A DNA stretch of 38,091 nucleotides from a virus (lineage: Duplodnaviria > Caudoviricetes): positions 1 to 38,091 of the IMG/VR virus record IMGVR_UViG_3300032373_000050. The stretch is one strand, 5' to 3'. Numbering within the stretch: position 1 is the stretch's first letter; each line of letters opens with the position of its first letter. Positions 8,677 through 17,462 of this stretch are shown here, piece after piece. The position numbers and the translations under genes are program-made. The notes beneath the pieces are model-generated. The model was not told the DNA's origin. It was given only the letters and a program-made list of their open reading frames with translations, and did no database searches.

Positions 8677-8915
8677 TCAACAAGGATGGAAGCATGAGTT
8701 TACCTACACCGGGTCACCGGATACCGATGCCTGCCCCGCGATCCAATACTGCGCTCTTCGCGCTGATAAACGCTGCTGACCGCGTGCTTGACAACGGGGT
8801 GGCGTTCGGCCCTCTGGGGCCACACAAAGACACTGAGTGTGAGTCGTGCGGCGCTATGCGTGGCGGGGGTACTCGGTGCGATTATTGTGGGAAGTAGGCT
8901 GCGGATAATCAACAA
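8665..8915 (+). repeat. 19-bp perfect direct repeat flanking the zinc-ribbon gene
   Basis: GGCTGCGGATAATCAACAA at 8665-8683 and 8897-8915. Confidence 0.9.
8694..8897 (+). CDS. Zinc-ribbon protein (copy 2)
   Basis: Ends ECESCGAMRGGGTRCDYCGK, matching the 7067-7273 C-terminus. Confidence 0.65.
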   Translation: MSLPTPGHRIPMPAPRSNTALFALINAADRVLDNGVAFGPLGPHKDTECESCGAMRGGGTRCDYCGK

Positions 8916-9211
8916 TCTAAGAGGTGAGATATGGGTATGATCGAAGAGAAGACCTGGGAAGAGTTTACCGACGCGAAGCTGTTTTGGTGGGTCAACCGGT
9001 CGCTACACCTGCTCGGCTGGGCTCTCGTCAAGGACGTGGCTGAGGATGGCACCGTGCTCCGCGTCTTCCCTGCTCGGTGCAAGTTCAGAGGGTTCAACAG
9101 AGAGATAGAAGAAGACGGCTTCATAGGTCTCACAAAACACATAGCAGAGACGATGCCAGAATTGGTTGTAGAAGCGTCAGAATAACCAGCAATCTAAGAG
9201 GTGCGATATGG
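8905..9211 (+). repeat. 30-bp direct repeat (27/30) carrying SD and ATG, flanking the 8931 gene
   Basis: ATAATCAACAATCTAAGAGGTGAGATATGG (8905-8934) versus ATAACCAGCAATCTAAGAGGTGCGATATGG (9182-9211). Confidence 0.9.
8931..9185 (+). CDS. Phage hypothetical protein
   Basis: 84 aa, strong SD; TWEEF...LFWWVNRSLHLLGWA...FPARCKFRGF resembles a recurrent phage family (from memory). Confidence 0.75.
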   Translation: MGMIEEKTWEEFTDAKLFWWVNRSLHLLGWALVKDVAEDGTVLRVFPARCKFRGFNREIEEDGFIGLTKHIAETMPELVVEASE

Positions 9212-10014
9212 CACAGAGTGGAACATTAATACAAGGCGGGCCTATGCTCAGCGATGACATCATAGTGACTGATGGATCACACATGGACGCCAGCACGCCA
9301 GAGCTGCTGACGCTGAGCATTGGGCCCGGATCGCGCAGCCCTTGGGCTGATGGGTGCCCTATGTCTGCACATAGCGAGGGAAGCAAGCCGTGCACCTTCG
9401 GGGGCGTGGTGATCGGTGCTGATGGCCCTAAAGTTGGGTGCGACTGCGCTGTGGCCTGCGCCAATTTCCCGCACAGTGAGAAGCCGCCACTAGGCAACCA
9501 GCCCTCCAGTGTGCGCGTGATCGATGATCTCTCTATGGCTGGCTTGACCGCTGAGGACATCGAGTGCGCAGACTTGTACGCAGGAGTCAGCTTCGGCACG
9601 GTCCACCCATTTCGATACCTGCTCGCGGCCCATGTCGTTAAGCGGGATATTATCGTCATCATCGCGGAGCACTGCCAAGCAGAACGCACCCTTGAGTACC
9701 ATGCGGGCCGGATCAGGGAGATAGAAGGCGACCTGCCAGTGTTGCACAGGTTTGCGGAGCCCTGCTGGGCGCGGGGCCGCATGCTTGACAAGCACAACAT
9801 AGAGATGATCCCTGCGCCTGGGCGTGTAATGGACGGTGTGTCAGCTGTAGAGGCTCGGCTCACCGATGACCCCGGCGCGCACGCAGGGCTCTATGTGATG
9901 AGCAAATGCAAAGATCTGGTCAGTGACTGGACGAGGGGCTCAGCGTACCACGCCCCGCGCGCGGTGCATTACATCTGCGCAGGCGTTGAAAGAGTCACTT
10001 CACTGTCTCACTAA
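9208..10014 (+). CDS. Paralog of the TerL nuclease domain, predicted catalytically inactive, with a Cys/Pro-rich N-terminus
   Basis: 44/84 ungapped identities to this phage's TerL (hand count); GIDFG>GVSFG, FADP>FAEP, DDHAMD>AYHAPR. Confidence 0.85.
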   Translation: MAQSGTLIQGGPMLSDDIIVTDGSHMDASTPELLTLSIGPGSRSPWADGCPMSAHSEGSKPCTFGGVVIGADGPKVGCDCAVACANFPHSEKPPLGNQPSSVRVIDDLSMAGLTAEDIECADLYAGVSFGTVHPFRYLLAAHVVKRDIIVIIAEHCQAERTLEYHAGRIREIEGDLPVLHRFAEPCWARGRMLDKHNIEMIPAPGRVMDGVSAVEARLTDDPGAHAGLYVMSKCKDLVSDWTRGSAYHAPRAVHYICAGVERVTSLSH

Positions 10015-10072
10015 ACGGAACAGTGAACCCCTGACTGTTGCATATAGTGGAACGCTGCTGTATAGATGATCT

Positions 10073-12214
10073 ATGGGTGATCCCACTGGAATGGTTCTAC
10101 GAGAGACATGGTTCACGCGCTTCTTAGGTGCTGTGGGCCTCATTACGTCTCGTGCGCTGCCCCAAGAGCATGCTGCTGGCGCTGACTTCGCTGAAGGCAA
10201 CATTGCCGACAAGACGCTGTCGCCCATTGTATCGATGGCCACCTACGGCACGTTCCCTTGGGTGGTTGCGCCGACAGAGGCGAAGGCAAACGACCTCTCT
10301 GGATTGCCTTGGATCCTGACCACAGGACGAGGCGAGCAGAAGCGGATCCTCACAGATCACCCCTTCCTTGACCTCCTCGCGATGCCCAACTCTGAGCAGC
10401 CGGGTGTGTTGCTTGAGCGTCAGTGGTGGACCGATCACTATGTCTCAGGTGATGCCTACATTGTGGGTGTCGGTAGCGATCCTAATGGCGCGCCCACCGT
10501 CCTACTCAGGCTGCAGCCACAGCGCACGAAGGTTGAGGCGCAGACCACAGGGCTGCCAGGAAAGTATGTCTTTGAGGGTGGCTCAACCGCTGAGCGATAC
10601 GACACTGATGCAGTAGTCCATATCCGAGGCGCATCCTGGGAGGACAGCATCGCCGGCCTGTATGGGCAGGGTGCGATCAAACCGCTACTCGAAGACCTGA
10701 AGGCTGAGTATGCCGTCAAGAAGTCCTCCGTATCGAGTCTAGAGAGCGGGCAGCCCACAGGGATCCTCTCCCCTGCTGACCCGGTCAAGAAGTGGAACCC
10801 GGACATAGTCAAGAAGATCCGCGCTTCTTGGAACAAGGTCATGAAGGGCAACGGCGTCTTCATTAACGGCGGCGCGACCAAGTACGAAGCCATTGGTTGG
10901 GCCCCCCGTGACATGGAATATGGGACCCTGCTCGAGTCTGGACGAGCCGCACAGCTCGCAGTGCAGGGTGTGCCGCCTACCCGCGTGGGTCTCCCTGGAG
11001 CCAACTACGCCACCGACCGCCAGCAGAACAAGATCTATTGGGAGAACCGCATAGCAGACAGCGAGCTTGCTTGTGCGATCTGGTCGATGCGCGCCCGCCA
11101 ATGGTACCGAGATCCGACGCTCACCCTATCTAAAGACTTCTCAGGTGTCGAGGCGCTGCAGGTCAGCCGCACAGAGCGTCAGGCTCGTGTAGTCATATGG
11201 CACAACCTTGGCTTGTCTCTGAACGATGCAGCCAAGGAGGAGGGCTTCGACAGGCTGCCGGATCAGGAATTCAAACCGCCCCGCGTGAAGGCAGCGCCAT
11301 CGACAGCAACAGGCAACGCCGACGAACCAGATGAGCCTACCGATCGCTCCTTCTGGATGCTCGAAGCACCACGCGCTGAGAGTGAGGAGCTTGTAGCAGA
11401 GATCCCAGCGACCACCGAGGAAGGCAGAGCAGAGCAGTGGCGCGCATTCATCGACTCGGTACACGCACCTGTAGAGCGGGCGCTTAACATCCTGATGCGG
11501 CGCTACCTCATCGAGCAGAGCGAGCGCATTGCTCAGCGCATGGCCGACATCGACGAGGGCAGATCACACGAAGACAGTGACACTGTTCAGCGTGATATTA
11601 CAATCTCTGATATTGCTGCCATCTTTGGAGCAGAGGACGAGGCAGAGCTTCTAAGAGAGCTACTCGACTCGCCCATCGGCAACGGTGTCCGCAGGGCATT
11701 CGCTCGCACCGCGCGCCAGATGGGCACCAAGCTCACCTATGAGGAGCAGGCGTCAGCCATTCGTCAGATGGTAGCAGGGGTCAGCACGCAGGTCACTGGC
11801 ACCACAGGCAGCGCGATCACCCGCATCATCACCGAGGGCATCGAGATCGGCGCGTCAGTGGGAGACATGCAAGCGAGTATCCAGCGGGCTGCAGCCTTCT
11901 CACCGGCTCGTGCTGGTGCCATCGCTCGCACAGAGGCGACTCGCGCAGTGCAGGCGGGCTCTCAGCAGGCTTACGGCGATGCGGCCAACGCAGGCTTAGA
12001 CATCAAAGTCCAGTGGCTCACAGCACGCGACAGCCATGTCCGAGGCTCACACCGTGGGATCGATGGGCAAGAAGTAGAGCCTGGCGCACCATTCACCCTG
12101 CAAGACGGGGCGAACATCGGCGCACAAGCACAGGCACCAGGCGGGTTCAATATCCCCGGTGAAGACATCAACTGCAGGTGCACAACGCTGCCAGTGTTCC
12201 CGGAGGACACATGA
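10073..12214 (+). CDS. Portal protein (HK97-like) fused to a MuF/SPP1 gp7-like head morphogenesis domain
   Basis: Portal motifs HPFLDLLAMPN, GDAYI, VVHIR, GVPPTRVG; C-terminal IARTEA, QWLTARDSHVRGSH, EDINCRC. Confidence 0.93.
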   Translation: MGDPTGMVLRETWFTRFLGAVGLITSRALPQEHAAGADFAEGNIADKTLSPIVSMATYGTFPWVVAPTEAKANDLSGLPWILTTGRGEQKRILTDHPFLDLLAMPNSEQPGVLLERQWWTDHYVSGDAYIVGVGSDPNGAPTVLLRLQPQRTKVEAQTTGLPGKYVFEGGSTAERYDTDAVVHIRGASWEDSIAGLYGQGAIKPLLEDLKAEYAVKKSSVSSLESGQPTGILSPADPVKKWNPDIVKKIRASWNKVMKGNGVFINGGATKYEAIGWAPRDMEYGTLLESGRAAQLAVQGVPPTRVGLPGANYATDRQQNKIYWENRIADSELACAIWSMRARQWYRDPTLTLSKDFSGVEALQVSRTERQARVVIWHNLGLSLNDAAKEEGFDRLPDQEFKPPRVKAAPSTATGNADEPDEPTDRSFWMLEAPRAESEELVAEIPATTEEGRAEQWRAFIDSVHAPVERALNILMRRYLIEQSERIAQRMADIDEGRSHEDSDTVQRDITISDIAAIFGAEDEAELLRELLDSPIGNGVRRAFARTARQMGTKLTYEEQASAIRQMVAGVSTQVTGTTGSAITRIITEGIEIGASVGDMQASIQRAAAFSPARAGAIARTEATRAVQAGSQQAYGDAANAGLDIKVQWLTARDSHVRGSHRGIDGQEVEPGAPFTLQDGANIGAQAQAPGGFNIPGEDINCRCTTLPVFPEDT

Positions 12215-12969
12215 AGATCGAGCGCCTAGAAGGCACCAACGAAGCCGGCGAGGTCTCCCGTGAGTACACCATTGAGGTGCGCGCGCACGAGTCCAGAGAG
12301 AACGTGATCCGGGTGCGTGCATCAACTACCGAGCTTGACAGCTACGAGACCATCTTTGCACAGGACTGGGATACCTCAGCATTTAAGCGCAACCCCGTGA
12401 TCTTGTTCCAACACGACGCATGGGGCACGCTCCCTATTGCGCGCGGTGAGAACGTGGAAGTCGAGGGACAGGCGGGTGCTGCCGAGCTGATGCTTGACTT
12501 TGTGTTTGACACAGAGGATCCGTTCGCGTCCGAAGTGCTGCGCAAGTACAAGGCCGGCTTTATGCACGCGGTGTCTATCCGTGGCAGACCCGGCAAGGTC
12601 ACTCGGCGCGACCAGCTGCCAGAGGACCATTACGCATTCGGTGAGCGGGGCCTCTTCTACTCGAAGAACCGCCTGATCGAAGTCTCTGCCGTCATCCTTG
12701 GCGGCAACAGTGAAGCGGTCGTGACTCAGCGCCAGCAGGGACCAGCACCCACAGCAGCCAAGCAGGTCATTACACATCTGCGCAGCAAGCCAGATCTGAT
12801 GATCGAGGTACTGCGCGCTGCGCTGAAAGATCCAGAAATTCAACGAACCATCAGCTCTATCGCCCTTGCGGGACCGGTAGAGCCCGAGGCTGATCCAGAC
12901 TTCTGGATGAGCAACCTATCCGACGATACCGAGCGCGGCGATGATGCCCTGCCTTGGCTACAAAACTAA
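12211..12969 (+). CDS. HK97-family prohead protease
   Basis: NPVILFQHD, AVSIRG, LIEVSAV; GGAGG SD, ATG 12211. Confidence 0.9.
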   Translation: MKIERLEGTNEAGEVSREYTIEVRAHESRENVIRVRASTTELDSYETIFAQDWDTSAFKRNPVILFQHDAWGTLPIARGENVEVEGQAGAAELMLDFVFDTEDPFASEVLRKYKAGFMHAVSIRGRPGKVTRRDQLPEDHYAFGERGLFYSKNRLIEVSAVILGGNSEAVVTQRQQGPAPTAAKQVITHLRSKPDLMIEVLRAALKDPEIQRTISSIALAGPVEPEADPDFWMSNLSDDTERGDDALPWLQN

Positions 12970-12990
12970 AGTGACCGAGAGGGGCACACA

Positions 12991-14538
12991 ATGAGTGAAA
13001 TCACCGGGATCACAAACGACGATCTCTCAAGCCGTCCTAAGACGCTGGCAGCACTTCAGGGCCTGCAGAAAGAGATCCGCCAGATGGGCAGCGAGGCAGC
13101 ATCTGAGAACGCTGCTTTGATGGCCGACTTCAAGCGGGTCACCAAGAAGCTCACCGAGCGCGAAGCGTTCGACCACACTGCTGGCATGACCGGCGACGAG
13201 GACCACGCGCGGCACTTCGTCTTCCGCGATGCCCCAAAGGATGAAGGGGGCACCGGCGAAGACCGGATCCGCCTCTTCAACATCAAGCATGACGACGGCT
13301 ATGTTGAGCGCGGCCTGCTCAGCGGCCTACCTAAGACTGCTTGGGAAATGAAGGCGCAGGAGCTGATCGAATCCCGGTCCATGGTCCACATGGCCCGTGG
13401 CCAAAAGCGCCGGTTCAACGGCAAGCTGACCAGCCCCCTGATCGACAGCCAGATCCGCCGACACATGCGGTATGCGCCGCGCGCAGTCCGCGACGTGATG
13501 ACCCGAGAAATAGAGCGCCTGATGGATCCTAAGCGGATCTTGACCGACGCAGCCACACAGGGGCAGGAGTGGATCCCGAACCTTCACCTCCCCCTGCTTG
13601 AGCGCGAAGTAGATCTGCCCCGCAACGTTGCAGCGCTGTTCGCGAACGTGAACATGCAGACCCGAGACAGCACGGTAAATGTGCTCGACGGTCGCCTCAC
13701 ACCTCGCCTGAAGTCGCCTGGGCTGAACGACAACCCCGCAAACTTCACCCCATCCTCGCTGGTCACCAGCAACCGTTCCGTGTCGATCCCCGGCATGGTC
13801 GCGCGCACCGTGTTTGATGAGGACACATCTGAAGACACGATCATGAACAGTGTTCAGATCCTGCGCTTCGAGATCGGCTCGTGCATCACTGATGGCTGGG
13901 AGGACGCTCTGCTTAACGCAGACACCGCAGGCTCTCCTGGTGATGATTACGACAACTGGGACATCCGGGGACGCTGGGGGGTCGACACCATCGGTGGTGC
14001 TGGAGATCACCGCAAAGGCATCATCGGCCTGCGCGCTCGCGCTGTCGATGTGAGCAACACCACAGATCAGACCAGTGCGCAGACCTCCCAGGGCGCGCTT
14101 ATCGCGCTGTCCAAACTCGCGGCCCCTCGCGGCATCGGGCAAGACACTGTCTTCATTATGAGCCCAGAGTACGCAGTCAAAGTGATGTCTTTCACTGAGA
14201 CCCTGACTGTGGACAAGTTCGGCCCCCGCGCATCGATCGTCGCGGGCCACATCGCCAACCTCTTCGGCGTGCCGATCATCATCTCTGACTTCATGAGCAA
14301 CGACATGAACGCCAGCGGTCTGTACGACAACGCGACCATGACCAAGACGGGCTTCTTGACGGTCAACCGCACCCGTCACCAGATCTGGAACCTCCAGAGC
14401 CTGCGCGTCCGCATGCAGCCAGACATCAACAACGGCACCGTCAGTCTTGTGGCTGATGTCCGTCAGGACTTCTACCCACGCGGGCGCGCTCTTGAGAAGA
14501 ACGTCCACTTCTCGTACAACCTTGACGCTCTGGCATAA
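12991..14538 (+). CDS. Major capsid protein (HK97 fold) with N-terminal scaffold-like region
   Basis: 515 aa after the protease; GQEWIP, EDALLNAD, FIMSP, NLFGVPIIISDFM. Confidence 0.9.
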   Translation: MSEITGITNDDLSSRPKTLAALQGLQKEIRQMGSEAASENAALMADFKRVTKKLTEREAFDHTAGMTGDEDHARHFVFRDAPKDEGGTGEDRIRLFNIKHDDGYVERGLLSGLPKTAWEMKAQELIESRSMVHMARGQKRRFNGKLTSPLIDSQIRRHMRYAPRAVRDVMTREIERLMDPKRILTDAATQGQEWIPNLHLPLLEREVDLPRNVAALFANVNMQTRDSTVNVLDGRLTPRLKSPGLNDNPANFTPSSLVTSNRSVSIPGMVARTVFDEDTSEDTIMNSVQILRFEIGSCITDGWEDALLNADTAGSPGDDYDNWDIRGRWGVDTIGGAGDHRKGIIGLRARAVDVSNTTDQTSAQTSQGALIALSKLAAPRGIGQDTVFIMSPEYAVKVMSFTETLTVDKFGPRASIVAGHIANLFGVPIIISDFMSNDMNASGLYDNATMTKTGFLTVNRTRHQIWNLQSLRVRMQPDINNGTVSLVADVRQDFYPRGRALEKNVHFSYNLDALA

Positions 14539-14559
14539 GCCAGCCTCATCCTTTCCCTT

Positions 14560-14583
14560 GCCCTCAGCCTCACCGCTGGGGGC
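14560..14583 (+). terminator. Stem-loop after the capsid gene (weak terminator or mRNA stabiliser)
   Basis: GCCCTCAGC-CTCACC-GCTGGGGGC; no U-tract. Confidence 0.35.
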
Positions 14584-14597
14584 CTCTGGAGACACTT

Positions 14598-14975
14598 ATG
14601 TCTGAACACTCGATCATGAAGAACCGGATCAACACGATCGGCACTGATGAGGCTGTATACAGCTTCTGGCCTTTCACCAACAAGGGCAAGCTCACCTCCG
14701 TGAAGTTCATGCCCGATGCTGCGCTGACCACGAATGAGACAAACTATGTCACATTCAATCTGAAGCTCGACGGCACCACTGTTGCGTCCATCGCAACAAA
14801 CGCGGCCGGCACCGGCAGCCTTGTTGCGGGCACAGAGGTTGCTGTCACCATCACTGGCGCGGGCACTGCGCTCGAAGTCGATGAGGGTGATCAGATCGCT
14901 TTTGACTATGTCCACGCTGCATCTGGGATCGCCTCGGAAGGTGAATGGGTCTGTCTGTTTGAAGAGATCCGGTAA
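14598..14975 (+). CDS. Virion structural protein, probably capsid decoration
   Basis: 125-aa beta-rich Thr/Ala/Gly protein directly after the capsid gene. Confidence 0.6.
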   Translation: MSEHSIMKNRINTIGTDEAVYSFWPFTNKGKLTSVKFMPDAALTTNETNYVTFNLKLDGTTVASIATNAAGTGSLVAGTEVAVTITGAGTALEVDEGDQIAFDYVHAASGIASEGEWVCLFEEIR

Positions 14976-14985
14976 GGGGTGAACC

Positions 14986-15591
14986 GTGGCAGTCATCACA
15001 GCAGCAGAAGCACGGCTACTCATCCCGAGCCTGAAGGGGGCCACCGAGGATACCAACCTCGACACCTTCATCGGGCGGGCTGACGCCATTCTTGCGGACA
15101 GTGTGGGCATCCCTGCAGCGTCTGCGGTGGGCTCTGCTACGTTTGATTCTGCCACATACACCCGGTACTACGAGGGCGAGCCTGACGGCAAAACCGTTGA
15201 GCTTGGCTTCATCCCCATCACCTCTATCACCAGCGTGCATGACGATCCTGATCGGGTCTATGGCTCCAGCACGCTGGTCTCATCGGGCGACTATGACCTT
15301 GAGGGGGACACCGGCATCATCCGGCTGACCACCACAGGCACACATGGGTCGTTCTCCCAGCAGGTCCGATCGATCAAGGTGGTCTTTGTAGCTGGCTACA
15401 CAGCGACCACAGCGCCCGAGCACATCAAGCAGGCTGTAGCGATGATGGCCCGGCACCTCTGGCGGCTCCGCAAAGAGCAAGGCTCTGCCTCTCTCGGCAA
15501 AAAGGGGGAGCTTCGAGACGAGACTATCCCCGCAGCCATCAATCAGATGCTCAGCCCAGCCATCGGGATCGCGAGCGTGGCTTTTGGGTAG
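14986..15591 (+). CDS. Head-tail connector (adaptor) protein
   Basis: ITAAEAR..., PITSITSV, IKVVFVAGY, PEHIKQAV; position in the module. Confidence 0.85.
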   Translation: MAVITAAEARLLIPSLKGATEDTNLDTFIGRADAILADSVGIPAASAVGSATFDSATYTRYYEGEPDGKTVELGFIPITSITSVHDDPDRVYGSSTLVSSGDYDLEGDTGIIRLTTTGTHGSFSQQVRSIKVVFVAGYTATTAPEHIKQAVAMMARHLWRLRKEQGSASLGKKGELRDETIPAAINQMLSPAIGIASVAFG

Positions 15592-16165
15592 ACTCACCGG
15601 CGAGCAGTGGGTAGCGCAACTCCGGCGCGCGGCGTCGGGGCTCCCAGCTGCCCTACATCGCACAGCCTTGCAGATCGCTCTCATGGCCGAGGCTGCGGGC
15701 AAGCAGAACGCAACCACGCGGCTCCGCGTCCGCTCGGGTCACCTGCGCAATTCGGTGCACGGATCTGTCTCGGCTGACGGGGACACTCTGCAGATCTCCG
15801 TCGCGGCTGGTGGCCGTCAGGGCGGTGCAGATGTTCGCTATGCTCGGATCCAAGACCAGGGCGGCACCATCAGGGCTCGCGGTGGCGGCAAGCTACGCCT
15901 GCCCCTGCCTATCGCGAAGACAGCGGCAGGAGTGGACAAGCTCCCCGGCCCCCTTCGCCTCGTCGCCCCTGGGCGCTTCCACGCCCGCGAGAGCAAACGG
16001 GGCAACCTCCTGCTGTTCGACAACGCAACGGGCGCGCCTCACTACCTGCTCGTTGATTCGACCACGATCAAGGCTACACGCTTCCTTGAGGATGCAGCCC
16101 GCGACACCGCCAAGCGAGCCCCCGCGCTGGTCCTTAAAGCCATCTCCAAAGCGATGGGGGCCTGA
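15584..16165 (+). CDS. Neck/virion morphogenesis protein (HK97 gp10 or Mu gpG-like)
   Basis: VRSGHLRNSV, YARIQDQGG, IKATRFL; basic protein. Confidence 0.75.
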   Translation: MGRLTGEQWVAQLRRAASGLPAALHRTALQIALMAEAAGKQNATTRLRVRSGHLRNSVHGSVSADGDTLQISVAAGGRQGGADVRYARIQDQGGTIRARGGGKLRLPLPIAKTAAGVDKLPGPLRLVAPGRFHARESKRGNLLLFDNATGAPHYLLVDSTTIKATRFLEDAARDTAKRAPALVLKAISKAMGA

Positions 16166-16674
16166 TGACTACCGCACGCCAAGTAGAGATCACCACGCGG
16201 CTCATCGCTGCGATCCAGACGGTCAACGGTGCTGGTCAGTACACCTTCGATCTGTCCTCGGACGGCTGCGTGGTCCGCATAGGCCAGCTGATCCACCCTG
16301 ATATATCAGACGCTGTCCCCGCAGCGGTCAACGTCTTTTCGATGGGCACCGACTACGCATTCCAAGCAGGCCGGACCCCGCTAAGCCGAGCGCAAGGCAC
16401 TTACACCTACGCACTCGTGGGCGCGGTCGCTTCAGCCGATATTGTGCAAGGCACAGCGGAAGACACGGCGGCGCAGCTTCTTGAGGAGGTTGTTGCAGCC
16501 ATCTTTACCGACGCCACAAGCAGCGACCAAAGCACGCTTGCAGGCAAAACCCACGACCTCCCGACTTTTGTGGCCAGAGCATACGGCGGGGACGAGATAG
16601 ATGTAGAGGGTGCGGGTTTCTTTGAGGCTCAAGTAGTCTTCACGGTGCACAAAGATCCAAGGACGGTCGGATGA
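16165..16674 (+). CDS. Tail terminator/completion protein
   Basis: Acidic 169-aa protein in the neck module. Confidence 0.6.
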   Translation: MTTARQVEITTRLIAAIQTVNGAGQYTFDLSSDGCVVRIGQLIHPDISDAVPAAVNVFSMGTDYAFQAGRTPLSRAQGTYTYALVGAVASADIVQGTAEDTAAQLLEEVVAAIFTDATSSDQSTLAGKTHDLPTFVARAYGGDEIDVEGAGFFEAQVVFTVHKDPRTVG

Positions 16675-17447
16675 GTTGGTATGCAGAATCAGGCGAGGCG
16701 TTCCCCTTCCGTGCAGCGGTCGCGCTTGACTACGACTTAGGCGCGCTCAACTCAACCGACTTCACGATCACAGTTCCAGTAGACTTCGAGAGGTTCTGGG
16801 CCAACATCCAGGCGACCGGCAATGACATTCGGATCACCGATGCGATCGGGCTCACGAAGCTCACCTACCAGCTCCAGACCTTCACCCTCGCTACTCGCAC
16901 CTGCATCATCGAGATCCAGGGACTCACACCGTCTCAGATCAACAGCGCTACGATCGTGTTTCTGTACTGGGGAGATGCCGACGTAGCCACCGGCGCGGGC
17001 TCCTTCACAGCGAGCACTCCGCGCAGCGGCTACGTGATGGTGGGAGGGCCAGCACCAGATGCTACAACCTTCGTCGCGCGCGCGCAAAGTCCCGGCGACA
17101 CTGTGGCCGCTGAAGAGATCAGCAAGACCACAGGTGAGAGCTTCGGCTTCTGGTGGGACATCAGCCAGATCTTAAACAGCAGGCAGACGCCCTACAACGC
17201 GCGCACCATGCTTGAAGAAGTCAAGAGCATTGTGGTCGAGGTCGAGACCGGAGGTACCCCTTCCGGCGCTCTCTTCGATGTCACAAAGAGCAGGCTTGTG
17301 AGTCCTGGGCTGGTGCGTGTATGGCTGCAGGCTGGTGTGGACGCCACCGAATACATCGTAATAACCAAGATCGAGATCACCGACGGGGCGGACGACAGGA
17401 TCCGAGACCTACGGACGATCCTCAAAGTCAACGACCCAACGGAATAA
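16671..17447 (+). CDS. Virion protein with DUF2341-like N-terminal domain
   Basis: FWANIQATGNDIRITD...LTYQ...FLYWGD; C-terminal beta domain VRVWLQAG...Y. Confidence 0.6.
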   Translation: MSWYAESGEAFPFRAAVALDYDLGALNSTDFTITVPVDFERFWANIQATGNDIRITDAIGLTKLTYQLQTFTLATRTCIIEIQGLTPSQINSATIVFLYWGDADVATGAGSFTASTPRSGYVMVGGPAPDATTFVARAQSPGDTVAAEEISKTTGESFGFWWDISQILNSRQTPYNARTMLEEVKSIVVEVETGGTPSGALFDVTKSRLVSPGLVRVWLQAGVDATEYIVITKIEITDGADDRIRDLRTILKVNDPTE

Positions 17448-17462
17448 AAGGAGCCCTATCAC

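Noticed and set aside
7270-10014. TerL and its paralog as a diversity-generating retroelement TR/VR pair
   Set aside because: No reverse transcriptase; differences are not adenine-specific and similarity is mainly at protein level
9208-10014. Simple pseudogene or split terminase
   Set aside because: TerL is already complete; the paralog has no stops or frameshifts and has a strong SD. Neutral decay is not fully excluded
13327-14595. 422-aa minus-strand ORF (also 19495-20511)
   Set aside because: Antisense to the capsid and tape measure genes; expected in GC-rich coding DNA
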